DNA from: Lama glama
Taxonomy: Eukaryota
Direction of reading: 5' to 3'
Length of the DNA: 64,000 nt
Assembly (NCBI GenBank): GCA_028534125.1
Contig: CM052818.1
Location: forward strand, 10,914,001-10,978,000
Both the position numbers and the translations under genes were made by a program. Below the pieces are notes generated by a model, which had not been told where the DNA came from, made no database searches, and saw only the letters and a program-made list of their open reading frames with translations. The first letter of the stretch is position 1. Every line of letters begins with the position of its first letter. Below are positions 25,623-38,270 of this stretch, piece after piece.

Positions 25623-26852
25623 CAAACCAGTGTACTTCTTGGTGAAAAGTGATGGGATAAGGGATGAGATGTTTCTTGAGGGCAGGTTTTATGTCTACAT
25701 TGTGGCCATTTAACATTTCATTCACAAAGAAAGGCTTTTCAGCCGGTGTAAGTAAAAGGATTGCTTGTTCTCTTCCACAACATAAAGAGTGTGTACAAAA
25801 TCCAACAATGAATTGTCTAAGATCTCCATAGTGGGTGAGCAAGGATTGGGTGAGAAAATGTGTGGCAGGAGAGAAGCCCCGGGAGACAAAGCCATGGTCT
25901 ATATGTGATCTGTTACTTCACGTATTAATCCAGAGCATGTTACATTGATGGTTTTGCTTCTAAGAGTCCAGAATTTAAGAAGGAATGCTATTGACTCAAT
26001 GCCTAATTAACTAGAGACCCTTGTAACTTCGTAAGTCTCTGTTAAGCAGCAGGAGTAGGCTCTAGTTTTAAAAAGGTGAATCCACAGGCTAGAAGTTGAA
26101 AGATGGTTGAAGCACCAGAGTCTTACATCCTTCCCTGCCTGGGAGGAAGTCAACCAGTTTCCCTAACACCTCTCTATTTCCTACTCCCTTTCATTTGTAC
26201 CCCTCTTCAATACTTCCTAAGGATTTATGCTGCTTACATGTGGAGCTGCACTGAAAAGTTAGGACATTCTGACTTCTTTTTTAGGAGTAGACAATTGCCA
26301 AAGTGTTAGGTTTCCCCTGCTAATCCCTACAGGTAATTAGAAAAAAGAAAGATTTGATGGAGGAGCCCATGTTCTATTTCAAGGGTTGACAGGTAAATAA
26401 TATGGATCTGAATTTATTTGGGGCAATAGAGCATCCACTTGCTGGTTGGATTAATCCCCCCCAGGTGTGTCTTCCTTTTGTCTATAGGATTTAACCCAGA
26501 TCCTGTTTTCTATGTAAAGGTGGCTGTTAAGCAAATAATTAGTAAGATCTAGTAATTCATAACATCTTCATGAGGTATTATGAAAAGTTTCCTCTGGCTT
26601 GAGAGGTTGTTTGTGAAGACTGGAAAAATCTCTCTTGAAGCATTTCTAAACAGTTGCATTGGAAATTGCCCCTGTAACAGATGAGCTCATCTCTTTTAAT
26701 CTGCATTAATAAACCACAAAGCAAGAGAGATGTGTAGAGGGGCATTTTCATCCAGGGCGGAAGTTTGGGAGTATAAGACATCGATTTGTTGGACATCATG
26801 ATAATTGCTTATGTACTATCCTGCAGTTGACAAGTCTGTTTCTTTTAAAATA

Positions 26853-26878
26853 TAAAATAAAATAAAATAAAATAAAAT
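26853..26878. repeat. (TAAAA)n pentanucleotide repeat
   Basis: Seen directly. Confidence 0.85.
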
Positions 26879-28349
26879 ATTTAAAGAAGTAAAGCTCAGG
26901 AAGGGGCAGCATCTGGACTGAATTTGACCTACTAGAAGCATGACAGGGTACGGTAGCAACCCTATGGTGGCAGGTCGAAGACAAGCAATGTTGCAGAGTA
27001 ACTGACCCAAGGACACCAGTATGAATTTTTTTCGAAGTATCCAAAAACCATCAGTCTCATACTCGATTGAGGATGTGTCTCTATTTTTGGATCAAATTAC
27101 TGACTAAGCCTGAGAATCAAATTTCATTAAGGCCTAAGACTCAAATTTCAGTGAGAAGGCACCCTCTGTTAAGAGATGGGGCTGTGGTCAAGATGAAGCA
27201 TGGGAAGCTGGCATGCCTTGCCTTCACCTGGGCGTCCACAGCATCGACTGTCCTACCCCCTCTTCAGACCAATCATGAAGCTGCAGAGATAAAAACAAAA
27301 CAAAATAGCATTTCTATTCCCTTTACAGGCAAATGAAACCCAAAAGATATGGATCTTTGAATGGATCCTGTAGTCATAAATAGACTTCTGGGTGAGCTGC
27401 CTATATTTCTTCTCACTGTTGAATCCAATCTGCTGTGAAAAATTTTCACTGTCTCCAAGTCATCATGAAAACATTCTCGGCTAATTGAGACATTCCCAAA
27501 CAATTAAGATAACCAGATGCGTCTGTTATTTGTAATTACCTGAACATGCATTCCTTTCTTTGAGAATAGTTCCATTTTTTGAGCCTTTTGAACTACTCCA
27601 GATAATGAAAATGAAGATTACTGTGTGCGCATTTTTCACTCAGCCTAATTTTGACATCGAATTACCTCTTTCCAAAGTTAAGCAGCAAAACTGGAAACAT
27701 GTGTGCAAAAGAACTTTTTTTCATTTTGCCTGGTGCCGAAATAATACCTTCTCCCCCCATTTAAATTGCATTTCTGACAGTTTCTAAGACTTAAGTTAAC
27801 ACATGTTTAAGTGTAAAAGATGGACTCCAATAGTTAAGGAAAAAAATAAACAATTTATAATTACCACTCAGATCTGCCACGTTTGATCTTTTAGATTCAT
27901 GATGGGTCTGCAGTACTGTTTCTGGTTCTTGGCATGTAGTGGGTGTAGTAGGATTTCCGTAAGTGGTAACTACCACCATAACTACTACTTTTTCTACTGT
28001 TACCAATGCTACTATTCCTGCTCGTCCTGATAATAACAGACCGTTTCTCCGAATGGAGATCTTCATCAGTGATTTGGGATTTGTGTTCAAACATTTTGTT
28101 ATTGATTTGCCTAATTATACAGAGAAATGATCAGAATAATTCACCACTTTCATCCAGTAGGGGGTCCCACTATGTTTTCACTTTTCCAGCTGTGCAAATT
28201 CTTGTTAGATTTCCAGATACAATTCAAATACTACCTTTGTCTTCTCTCAACTTTATAGCATTAGTCCCCACTATTTATTTATAAATTACTTTTATATCTC
28301 CTTATAACTTTTATCTGTGGTTTTCTCTAATTGTCTTGGGCAGTTATTT

Positions 28350-28482
28350 AGCTTGCATTATAACTTAAATTTTTTGTATGCCCAGTGTGAAGTCAGGGCT
28401 TGCTCTATCCTTGTTTTCATTTTTTTTTTACCTACTACTCTAGTCCTTGCACATGGTAGATGCTCAATAAATATTTCATTTG
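28350..28482 (+). mobile_element. L2 3' tail
   Basis: gtgaagtcagggcttg...ccttgcacatggtagatgctcaataaatatt. Confidence 0.7.
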
Positions 28483-28732
28483 CTTTTATTTGAAAGGTCT
28501 TGTGCCTTTCTGATACATTAGCTCCCTCCAGCAAGTACTGTCTTTCAGTGTTAAACAATTTTGGATTCTCAGGCATTGGAACACTAGAATCCACCTATAA
28601 GATAAATGGAACTCTTTTTTTTTGCCCTGGGCAGTGGAGCTGGTATCACTCTAAGTCACTCTATGAAGGCAAAGTTTCCTACTTAGAAGATCAACATGGG
28701 AGAAATGTCTCTAGAGGTAGACAGTGACATCA

Positions 28733-28879
28733 GGAGATGAGAGGGAGGTGAGAGAAAGGAACAGAGCAAAAACACGAAGAAGAAGAAGGTTGAGGGGGAA
28801 GAAAACGAGAAAGGAGAGAAGGGGGAGCAGCAGGAGGAAGAAGAAAGGAGGAAGGAACAAGGAAGGGAAGAAGAAGGAA
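28733..28879. repeat. Purine-rich (GAA/GGA) low-complexity tract
   Basis: Seen directly; source of the R/K-rich and S/F-rich ORFs. Confidence 0.85.
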
Positions 28880-30744
28880 TCATTTGAAATGATTGAACGT
28901 GGCAGATGATGTTATGTTGTTTCGCTGAACTAAATGATCTATGTGGGTTTAATTATAAAAGAAAGAATACATATAGGCATTTGATTCACTTTCTGTGAAT
29001 TTGTATATTAGTAATATTGAGCCTGATAGGCCATTCCTTAAATCATAGTCATCACTATAGTCATTTTCCCTCTTTAAAGAATGGCTAATTTAGAACACAT
29101 TCCATTGTTTTAATGGACCCCTACATTTAGTCCACACAAAAGTTAAGACTAAAAATAATTTTAAAATATAATTTAATTGGAAATTCTTCATTGTTTATGA
29201 CCATTTACTCCTCATGAATTGCTGCAAGTTATGATGTGCAAAGATGGGTCTGCAGAGAACATCTGTGAGGAAGACGGATGGCACCTGTTGCTCTGCACGG
29301 ACGTCTTTGAGTTCAGTGTGCTTCTACTGCCAAATACCCTGTGATGGTTTAGTTATCCAACCAGAATTCTCTATTTGAACAACTAGAAAACCTTTGGCAG
29401 TTTACACCAGTATGTCATTTACTCTTCATTTGGTTCAAAAAATCCCATTCATATATTAAGTCTGCCTCTGTTCTTTTCTTATTAGCCTGTGACAATTAAT
29501 GTAGAACATTATTCCACCACATTGTCATTTCCATGATGTCAAAACATTCTGGATTTATTAAATAAATTATGAAGCTAAAATCCCAGCCTGTAAAAATATC
29601 TTACAATTGTAGCTGATCACTGTAAAAGAGAAGTTTTGTCTTTTTAATTAGTAAAAGAATCCAACAAGAGTACAATAGCAGACACGTGATGATCCCTGTC
29701 TCATTCACATTAGGACCTGATCACCTAAAGCCAGACAGATACGCTCTGTCTGTATGTTATCACTGGGGATCAATACAAATATAAACTCACATATAAACTG
29801 TAGCACTGAAATCATGTGGCTCTAGTTAGTTTTAAGGTAGTCTACTAGAAGATTCAGAATGTGTTTTGTTCTCCCATATTTTAGAAATCATAATCAATGT
29901 GAAATCATAAAATTAAAATCAGAAAACTCACCACTGTTGACCTCATTGTCTTTTCATAATACTGCCACAGGCACTCACGAATGAGCATACACAGAAAATT
30001 AACACATCCAATACCAAGAGGCCTTCCCTGGAGAATGCACAATGAGTTTGAATGTTGGGACTTGAACATCCTATGATTGCTTTTCCTTTTGTAGTCTTTA
30101 TTTATTTTGTTATGACAGAGACAGGCATTTAGTTACATCTGCTTTAAAAATCTTCTACACTAAGATTATTATAGTCATGCCTTGTAAACCTAGAGGTCAC
30201 CAACGTCTTGGCTGGGCTTTTGTTTGTGTCAGTGGTGACCTCATACCACTTCAGGAGAAGTGAGGCCTTGACTACAGAAGCTCCTGTGAACTGCTTCCGT
30301 GGGAAGGAAGATGGCCTTCAGTTCAGCCAAGTGTCCCTGTCAGGCTCTTCAGCGTTCATAAGAGGATGTCAAACTTTGTGTCAGCTTGGTTGGCTACTGG
30401 CCTTACGTTTCTGCACAAACCTGAAGCACGGAAGAGCAGCACACTGTGTACTTGTGAGGGGACACATCTGTGAGCTCTCTGCCTCTGGGGAATATCAGAA
30501 GTTCAGGTGAGGAAGACAGTATCTACAGAGGCATTCCTGAAGGTCATGCAATCCATTCATTCCTTAAGATCAACTGCCTCAACCCTTTCCTGCCTTACCA
30601 CACGTGAAAGATGGAACCCACCTACAGAGCTTACTTTCATGTGTAAATGCCGATTTTGATAAAACCAAGAAAGAAAATACAACTACTATAGTAAAATAAA
30701 GAACTGCAATAATTCATGATCTCAGTGACTCTATAAATGGTGCA

Positions 30745-30875
30745 CCAAATGGTACATGGTATTGTCTCCATTTTACAAAGGAAGAAACTGAAGCTCGGAG
30801 GGGCTAAGTAACAGTTACAGGGGCGGATACTTGATTTAGTCTGACACGCTTGCTTTGTTGTTCTGTCCACTGTCT
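30745..30875 (-). mobile_element. MIR SINE fragment
   Basis: ctccattttacaaaggaagaaactgaagctcggaggggctaagtaac. Confidence 0.75.
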
Positions 30876-31359
30876 CCTATCATTTCAGGACATTTTAGGG
30901 GAAAATTGCATAGCCTTACATAAAGGGATTGATCAAAGAAGAGTCCAGCATTGCTTCAGAGTAGGAATTGTACAGGAAGAACAGCGGAGCCATCCCTCTT
31001 GCAGAAATAGACATGGATTTGACTGTTTCTTACCTATCATTCTAGCCTCTAAAGGGGGGCAAGTCTAGATACACTCCAGATGCAGACTGAGTCTACTCAT
31101 GCAAGGGAGGGCTTACTTTTGTCCAGCTGGTTTTTTTCTAAAGTTTATAATAAAGTTAGGATAACTTTGAGAAACCATGGTAGAAAAAAGTGCAAATACA
31201 TAACAAAAAACAAAAAAGAAGGTAGTTGGATAATTCTTGGAAAAAAAAAATCTGGTGGCAAAAGACAGTTGACCTATAGGTATTCAAGAAAAGCTACTGA
31301 AGGGGGCTGCTTATCAGTATTCACTGTCTCTGGGTTACCACCCCCTTTCTACTTCCTAC

Positions 31360-31600
31360 TATAGTGCTTACACTCTGCCAGGTATTATTCCATTCCATAT
31401 ACATTGACTCAATGTGCACAGCACCTTGTGAGTAGATACTATCATTATCTCTTTTTTACAGAGAAGGAACCTGAGTTTATGTAACTCTCTCAAGGTCATA
31501 GTAACTTGCTCAAGATCATACAGGTATTAAGGTGTAGAGATGGAGTTTAAACCCAGGCAATGGGCCCCCCCCAAAAATACATATTCATCTCTATTATGCT
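31360..31600 (-). mobile_element. MIR SINE with a 20-bp internal tandem duplication
   Basis: MIR core ttttacagagaaggaacctgag; gtaactctctcaaggtcata followed immediately by gtaacttgctcaagatcata. Confidence 0.8.
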
Positions 31601-31804
31601 CTGCTTCCTCCCTCTATATCCCCGGCCCTTGTGGCATCTCCACATCTCATTCATTTTGGGGTTGGGCTTGGGTAGGCCAGTCTCTGTAGTGGTGACAGCC
31701 AAGGAGAGCAATCACTTCTCACTCCTCCATCTTCCACTGGAAGAGTTTGGGACGTCATTCACAGATGCCACACCATCTATAGACCACAGTGATAATACCA
31801 AAGA

Positions 31805-31975
31805 AAACTGAGCGCTTACTGTGGTAGTTATCAAGGAAAGTCCAATACAAAGACCAATCCATTCATCCTCTCAACAACCCTTTGAGATGGGCATTATTTT
31901 TACCTTCATTGTATAAATAATGAAATAAAGGGCAGAAAGCTTGTAGACCAGGCAGTCCTACTCTAGAGCCCATCA
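31805..31975 (-). mobile_element. MIR fragment
   Basis: tgagcgcttactgtg...tcatcctctcaacaaccctttgagatgggcattattttt. Confidence 0.65.
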
Positions 31976-33194
31976 TTGTTGCAAGTGTAGAAGGAAAATC
32001 TTTGATAATTTGCCCCGGAAACTTAGATATAAACAGATAACGTCAAGAATAAGGATATTAACCTGGATAATTTATACTAGATGACATCAGATATAAGTTC
32101 TCCAAATAGTCACAACCTGGACTGGTGATATTTTGCCCAATTATGTATTTTGCTAGTTTATATATTAAATAAGTCCTTGCTAAATTAGAATATTGGTAGA
32201 GCAGTGGGGGAGCAGAGCATGGCAAAGAACATTTTCTCTGGTATGGTCTTTATGCAAGAGGACCTGAAAAGATATCAACTCTACCAACCTTTTACATCAC
32301 TGTGTGCTGGTTACAGGAATGGAGCATGAGGAGGAAGCCCTGGGCCTCTCTTCCTACCCAAAATGTTTCTGGTCCAAGGGAAACTTGAAGCAACAAGTGG
32401 CGAATAACAGAAAGGAATGGTGATGGTTCAGCTTTCAGGGCTGGCAAGAGTAAAGAAAGGAAGAACCTCTCCTCAGGGTTTACCTGGCAGAACCCTCAAC
32501 TGCCCGGTTCCTCCTTTCTGCAAGGGCCTGCTCCTGGCTCTCACTGTCTCTACCTGCCGGAGCGCCTTCCTCAGGTTATAGGATTTCACCTGGATGCTGG
32601 TGATTTGGAGAGATCCTGATGCACTGCAGTGCTTGGGGGCTATGGTTTAGATTTATGTCCTAAACATCCCAGAAAACTTTTTTTTTTTTAACTAAAGAGA
32701 CACTGGGACACCTGATACTAGAGTCCATGCATCTATAGCCAGGCTTTTGTGGCTAAAACCTAAACTATTAACCTCATTTAGAAGACATTTTCCCCCATGA
32801 GAATATGCATTCATGATTCCAAACAACTTTCTTCAAGAAAACATTTGGAAGACAACTGTTCGTAATTTGGGGACTCTCTCGGCCCAGTAAATCATCATTG
32901 TACTCTTCATGCTGTGTTCTGTTTTATTATCACCAGAGCTTGATGATGTTTGGTCTCTCTCACTGCACCGGAGAAACTTGGAGCAGTGGGCTTGTCCTTG
33001 ACTCCTGACACATTCGCAGGGGTCTCTGCAAAGAAAAACATTAGCTGCCTTCCAGTTTCCCACTTTCTTTTTTCTCTTCCTTTGACATTTGTAAATTGAT
33101 CTGATAAAACAGTATACAATCGGTATTTGAGGCTGAGCATAAAGTTTACTATAATGTTTTATTATATATATGGAGTTGGCTTCTCTAAACAACA

Positions 33195-33370
33195 GCTGTG
33201 GTGGAGGAGGCAGCTGTTTTGGAGCGGAAATGACTCTGGCCTAGGAGTTAGGGGATCCAGGGCTGTCCCAGACCTGCCCCTTGTTTCACCAGGCCAGCTA
33301 TTGGACTCTCCTGGTGATTGGTTTCATTATCTATAAAATGGGAATAATTCTGCCCCACAGGATTAAATAT
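33195..33370 (+). mobile_element. MIR fragment
   Basis: ctggcctaggagttagggg...gtttcattatctataaaatgggaataat. Confidence 0.6.
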
Positions 33371-33487
33371 TATATATCTATATCTGTGTATCTATCTATA
33401 AAGCAATATTTTATAACCTACTGAGTAAGAGCTCTTAAGCTTGTAAAGTGGATAGTTGTAAATTTTAATGGGTTTGGTCTGAAGAAA

Positions 33488-33508
33488 CTCTTCCTCTCTC
33501 TCTCTCCC

Positions 33509-33554
<46 letters not shown>

Positions 33555-33655
33555 TTCCTTCCTTCCTTCCTTCCTTCCTTCCTTCCTTCCTTCTTTCTTT
33601 TCTTTCTTTCTTCCTTCCTTCCTTCCTTCCTTCCTTCTTTCTTTCTTTCTTTTTT

Positions 33656-33711
<56 letters not shown>

Positions 33712-33716
33712 TTTTT
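33488..33716. repeat. Compound (TTTC)n/(TTCC)n microsatellite, pure pyrimidine tract (~229 bp)
   Basis: Seen directly; no purine in the span. Confidence 0.97.
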
Positions 33717-33742
33717 GAGATTCAGGAGCTTATTTACTCTTC

Positions 33743-33970
33743 TTTTTTAATTTAATTTTTTATTAACATATAATTGATGTATAATATTATGTAGGTTTCA
33801 AGTGAACAACATAGTAATTCACAGTTTTTAAAGGTTATATTCCATTTATACTTACTATAAAATATTGGCTTTATTCCCTTACGTTGTACAATATATCCTT
33901 TTAACTTTTTTGTTTTATACATAGTAGTTTGTACCTCTTAATTTCCTACCCCTTTCCCTTGCCCCACTGG
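33743..33970 (-). mobile_element. L1 3' end fragment
   Basis: T-rich start, then caacatagtaattcacagtttttaaaggttatattccattt...gtagtttgtacctcttaat. Confidence 0.85.
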
Positions 33971-34229
33971 AAGTGTAAATGCCTTTGACAATTCTTCTGT
34001 CTTATATTTCACACACACATATATGCAGTCTCCCTCCTCGCTCTCTCTCTTTCCCCTCTCCCTCTCTCTGTCTCCCTCTCTCTCTCTTTCTCTCTCCCTT
34101 TTCAGAAAATGCAAGTAGAGACCCATAAGTGAAAGTAAAGGTTTTCAAAGGTTTAGGCACAGTTTTGGAGAAAACCGAAATTGTCGATCATGCCATAAAA
34201 AGTCACATAGCCATATAATTGCATCATAG

Positions 34230-34590
34230 AGATACCAAGGGAACATTGGCTCCTTAAAAATCTCACGAGAGCGCAGGGCTCAGTTTGGGGCATCTCCTTC
34301 CAGAATAGATGAACAGCAGTGGGAACTCCAGGCAAGAGAAGCAAGATGATTAAGCCCATAGAAGAATCCAGGTATCTGGGTGGATTAAAGAAAATGGATA
34401 AGTCACTGAAGCCATTGCCAAGATGGGGAATAATTACAGTCTATGAAAATTTCAAAGGTAGAAAAGCCAAGGAAGGAGAGGAACTATTTAACTTGATTCA
34501 GAAGACAATGCATTGAAATATTCATGAATGAGAGAAAAGGAAATTTTGTGAAATGATATTTGATAATTTGAAAGCTAATATGAAGATTCC
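34230..34590 (+). mobile_element. Ancient CR1/L3-clade LINE fragment (C-terminal end of ORF2), frameshifted
   Basis: Translations AQFGASPSRIDEQQWELQ and, after a frameshift, RSKMIKPIEESRYLGGLKKMDKSLKPLPRWGIITVYENFKGRKAKEGEELF align by eye with the CR1 C-terminus as I recall it (VQFWAP...RATKMIKGLE..YEERL.ELGLFSLEKRRLRGDMITVYKYLKG....EGE.LF). Confidence 0.75.
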
Positions 34591-34892
34591 CTGAAGGACA
34601 CCAAAACCTTAAAGGGGGGCAGGGGCCCTGCAGAGCAGTAACATATGAAGATCTATTAAAAAGTCTTCACGGAAAGTCTTCACCTCGAACGCACAGGAGA
34701 GTCCTCGGTCTCAGAAACCTCTCAGGACATAGGGTGAGCAGACTTGATTATTCTGACACTTACCTGTTAAACTGTATGTATTAAGAAGCCAATTTTCAAG
34801 GAGGAAAAATGGTTGAGAATCTTGGAGCCTCATTCTTACCAGTCGAATCCAAATACATGCTAGCTGAGAGCTTTCATCTGGGTTATAGGAAA

Positions 34893-34955
34893 TACTTATT
34901 CATTTAACAAGTATTTACTGAGCACCTACTAGGAATCAGGGAGAGTGCTAGGCAC
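34893..34955 (-). mobile_element. L2 3' tail
   Basis: ttattcatttaacaagtatttactgagcacctact...gtgctaggcac. Confidence 0.75.
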
Positions 34956-36987
34956 ACATGTGAGATGCAACACTCTAAGGACTCTTAAGTTTTCCTCCTG
35001 TTTGGCTCTTATTCCACTAATTAATATTATATTTGGTCTTTTTCATATATATCTACTATCCAAAAGTTATCTTAAGCTCCAGGGGGGTAATGAAAGGGAT
35101 TGAAAAGGATTCTTCCATCACAGCAGCCAGCCCCCTGCTATGACTGTATATACGAATACCAAATGCATCTGCCCTCTGCCCAGTGTGATGCCAGGATGAG
35201 GGACAGGTGGCAAGGTGTATGATTTCTAGAGTGAAATTATTCTTTGAGCCTCATAATGTTATCAGCCCCAGTCTTCTTTTAACTTCACAAACATGTCATG
35301 AAATAATATTCATTTAGAAATATAAATGAATTTTTTTCCCTAGGATAAATCATCAAATCCTGAAGAGGCAAACAGTGTCACAACCAAATATGTACAACTG
35401 AGACAATCCCAGGGCTATTCAGGTATAGACATAACTAAGTTGAAGGACAGAGTCATCAGCCAGGTTGACATCAGGAGCGTTAGTTAAATATTGATGACAT
35501 TCTAAGGGCAGACAATAGTGATAGGTTTCTCTTGTCCTCCTTCCCTTATTTTATGTGTTAAGACTTCTTTATTTCTAACAGTTGATCAACTGTAAACATC
35601 TCTGATACGGTAAATACCAGAAATGAGACACCATTAATTCTGTCTTTTAGCCTAGAAAAGACCAGCTAAAGAGAAGTTATTTTATTAGTATTTCCAGCTC
35701 TGTGCCAAATATCCACACATGTTCTCTACAGTGTGTGCTTTAAATTACTTACTGAAATGGATATTTGTCTTTACAAAGAAATAATGGTTTCCTCGTGTCT
35801 CTCAGTAACAGGAAAAATTTCCATCCTTACTGGGGTAAGATTAAAAAGCTAATCAGCATTGCGGTCTCTCAGAGTCTGCACATGTGCTCTCCCCAGATCC
35901 ACAGTGGATTTGGATTACCTGGCGATATTTGAACTGCCCTTCTACTCTTCTTGTACGTTTGTTTAACACTTTGCTCAGCTTTGTTTTTAAGTGATTCTGA
36001 CAGCTCCTAACTAAGGAACAACATGTTCTGGCTAGCTGTTTGGGTCAAGGGTTTTAACAATTTAAAAATAAGCTTGTATTCACTTTTGTTTTAATGTAGA
36101 AATGTCTGCAAATGGGAAGGGATCCAAATGAAGAGCAAAGAGATGTCTCCTGTGGAAGCTGAGCTAAGTTTTTGCAGAGGTGTAGTCTACCCTGAGGGAC
36201 CTCAGCATAACATCTCCCCACCCTCCAATTAAAGATAGGCAGCCTTTGGCTCGTTAGCAATTCATTTGCATATATTTGAAAAGTGAGCTCTTCATCAAAT
36301 TCACCTTTTTAATACTTAAGTGTTCATCATCCTGCTTGACACACAGTAGGCATATAACAGGAATTGGTGAATCACGTTGTTCTCCCGACATCATTGTGAG
36401 AGATTTGAGGTCAGGTCTTTGACAGGACTAGTATTGTCCTGGGTGTTGCTGTAGGTCCTCAACCAGGACTAGCTGAGTGATTGAAAGACTGGCTTGTTTC
36501 TCATTCCACTCTATGCCAAGCCAGGCCATTCATCAGAGGAGGAGTAAACAGAGTTAATAAGAGATGAAAAGAGGAATGGCTGAATCCCAGTGAGAGGTTA
36601 GAGAGCAGGAATGTGTGGCAGAGCCAATCAGCATGCTTCCAAAAGTAACTCTAACAAAATTTGGCAGACAAGAGAGAGGATGAGAAAGGTGGGGGGAGGG
36701 GCCCCAGGAAGAGGGTTTTGCAAAGTGGTGAATGGAGACACTATCTCCATGCCTTCTCTCACTTCTACTTTGTGGTGTTCCAGATAGTGAACTGGCTTCT
36801 CTGAGAATAATTCTAAGAATGGTAGGGAGGCTTCAGAGTTGGACAAGCTCACAGAGTGTTTACAAATGACCATAAATTATTATAATGACTCTTGTTCTGA
36901 AATAGGCCTTCATCTATATTTTATTTTAGGTTTGAGAGTTTCCGTCTCCCAGCACCTCCTCAGTTCTTCCTTCCTTTTTCTTGTTTG

Positions 36988-37406
36988 TAGGGTTACCATA
37001 TTATTTTATTGTTGAAACTAAGACAGTTTTGAGAGGAGAAGAAGAAAGCTGTGAATGATTATACCCAGAGGTGTATTATGACTTCTGTGGTCTTCAGGCA
37101 CTTTTGATTCCATGGGCTCTTTCCTCCAGGAAAAAGAAAAAAAAAAAGAATAAAAAAATTTAAGAATTACAATTTATGACTGTGATGGTATAAAGATGAA
37201 TATAATTCAGGCTAGATTTATTATAATATATTCATTGTTAGCATAGTTATTTTTCTTCTTATTTTAAAAGAAATCAAAATTAAACCATTTTTGTGGACCC
37301 TTAACATCATGATCATGATGGACCCTAGCACTGTGCCTGATGGAGAAGCCAGCCTTGTTTAGGATTTCAGAAGTAAAACGGATCTGTCTTAGGTGTGGTC
37401 ACTGTA
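36988..37406 (+). mobile_element. hAT-Blackjack MITE (MER81-like) split by the ORSL insertion
   Basis: Left end tagggttaccata...agacagttttgagagg (36988-37065) and right end ...tgtggtcactgta (to 37406) form the terminal inverted repeats. Confidence 0.7.
37066..37357 (-). mobile_element. ORSL (hAT-Tip100 MITE)
   Basis: ggcacttttg...ggtataaagatgaatataattcaggctagatt...attttaaaagaaatcaaaattaaaccatttttgtggaccc...gcactgtgcctgatggagaagccagccttg matches reverse ORSL as I recall it. Confidence 0.8.
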
Positions 37407-37494
37407 TAAGTCATTAAAATTCTGCTACTAAAGGCTGTGCTAGGAGGGCTCCAGGTTCCCTGGAGCTTGGCTTCAGACCTATTCAGAAGGTAAT

Positions 37495-37575
37495 GAGTTT
37501 AAACTCATCAAAATGTATACATTAAAGGTGTGTAACTTTTTGAGAATCAGTGATACCTCAATAAAACTAAAAACA
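37495..37575 (+). mobile_element. Short L1M 3' tail
   Basis: aaactcatcaaaatgtatacattaaa...atacctcaataaaact. Confidence 0.7.
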
Positions 37576-38124
37576 GTAGTGAATTACCTCAACTATTATA
37601 ATGACGTTGAAGTGGGAAAAATGGCATGTGGTAGGTAGGAGGTAAGTGGATGTGGTTGTTTAAGGCAGAGACTAGGTATGGGGTGTGGTGGGTGGAAAAC
37701 AAAGGCAGATTCCAGAGAGCTTTGCTGGAAATGCCTTGAAACTGTCAGAGATGGGTATGGGAGGCTTGCCGAAGGCGCTGGCTGTGCTCTTCTTTCTGCA
37801 GTGAGTCTTCTTGGAGCTTCTTTGGGCAAGACATCCAGTTAAACACCAGTGAAGGGGGAGACTGACCTTGGTAGCAGTGACATTAGGTGATCTTGAGTCT
37901 GGTTTAGAAGCCAAGAGCGTAGGGCTTCTTCATTTCTCTGCAGTGAAAGGTGGTGACTTAGCATGGTCTTATCCTGAGATATATTCGTAGAAAGAATTAC
38001 CATGCCACTCACTTAACATCCAAACACTGTCTTGTATGGTCATTGCTCTTCTCTTTTTAATTAGTTTTGCATAAGCATGTAGCTTATCTCTCTAACTTGA
38101 CTGCTTGCTTCTCGAGAGCTGTCA

Positions 38125-38270
38125 TCTTAGAGTTCAGTTATCAGATCTAACTGGAAGTAATCTCAGAGTCCAAGCCCCTTACTTTTCAACTGAGAAGCCT
38201 AACAGCTTGTTGGTGGCAGAGCCGTGATTCAAACTCAGATCTCTTAGGTTTCAGGTAAATGTTTTGTTCT
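38125..38270 (-). mobile_element. MIR/MIR3 fragment
   Basis: agtccaagccccttacttttcaactgagaa...ggtggcagagccgtgattcaaactcagatct. Confidence 0.65.

Noticed and set aside
26310..26338. Second recursive-splice-like motif ccctacAG|GTAATT
   Set aside because: Weak donor, and the putative branch point is too close to the AG.
27791..28094. Overlapping minus-strand ORFs that look protein-like
   Set aside because: The central part resembles a MIR-type tail and (CTA)-like low complexity; no recognisable homology or splice context.
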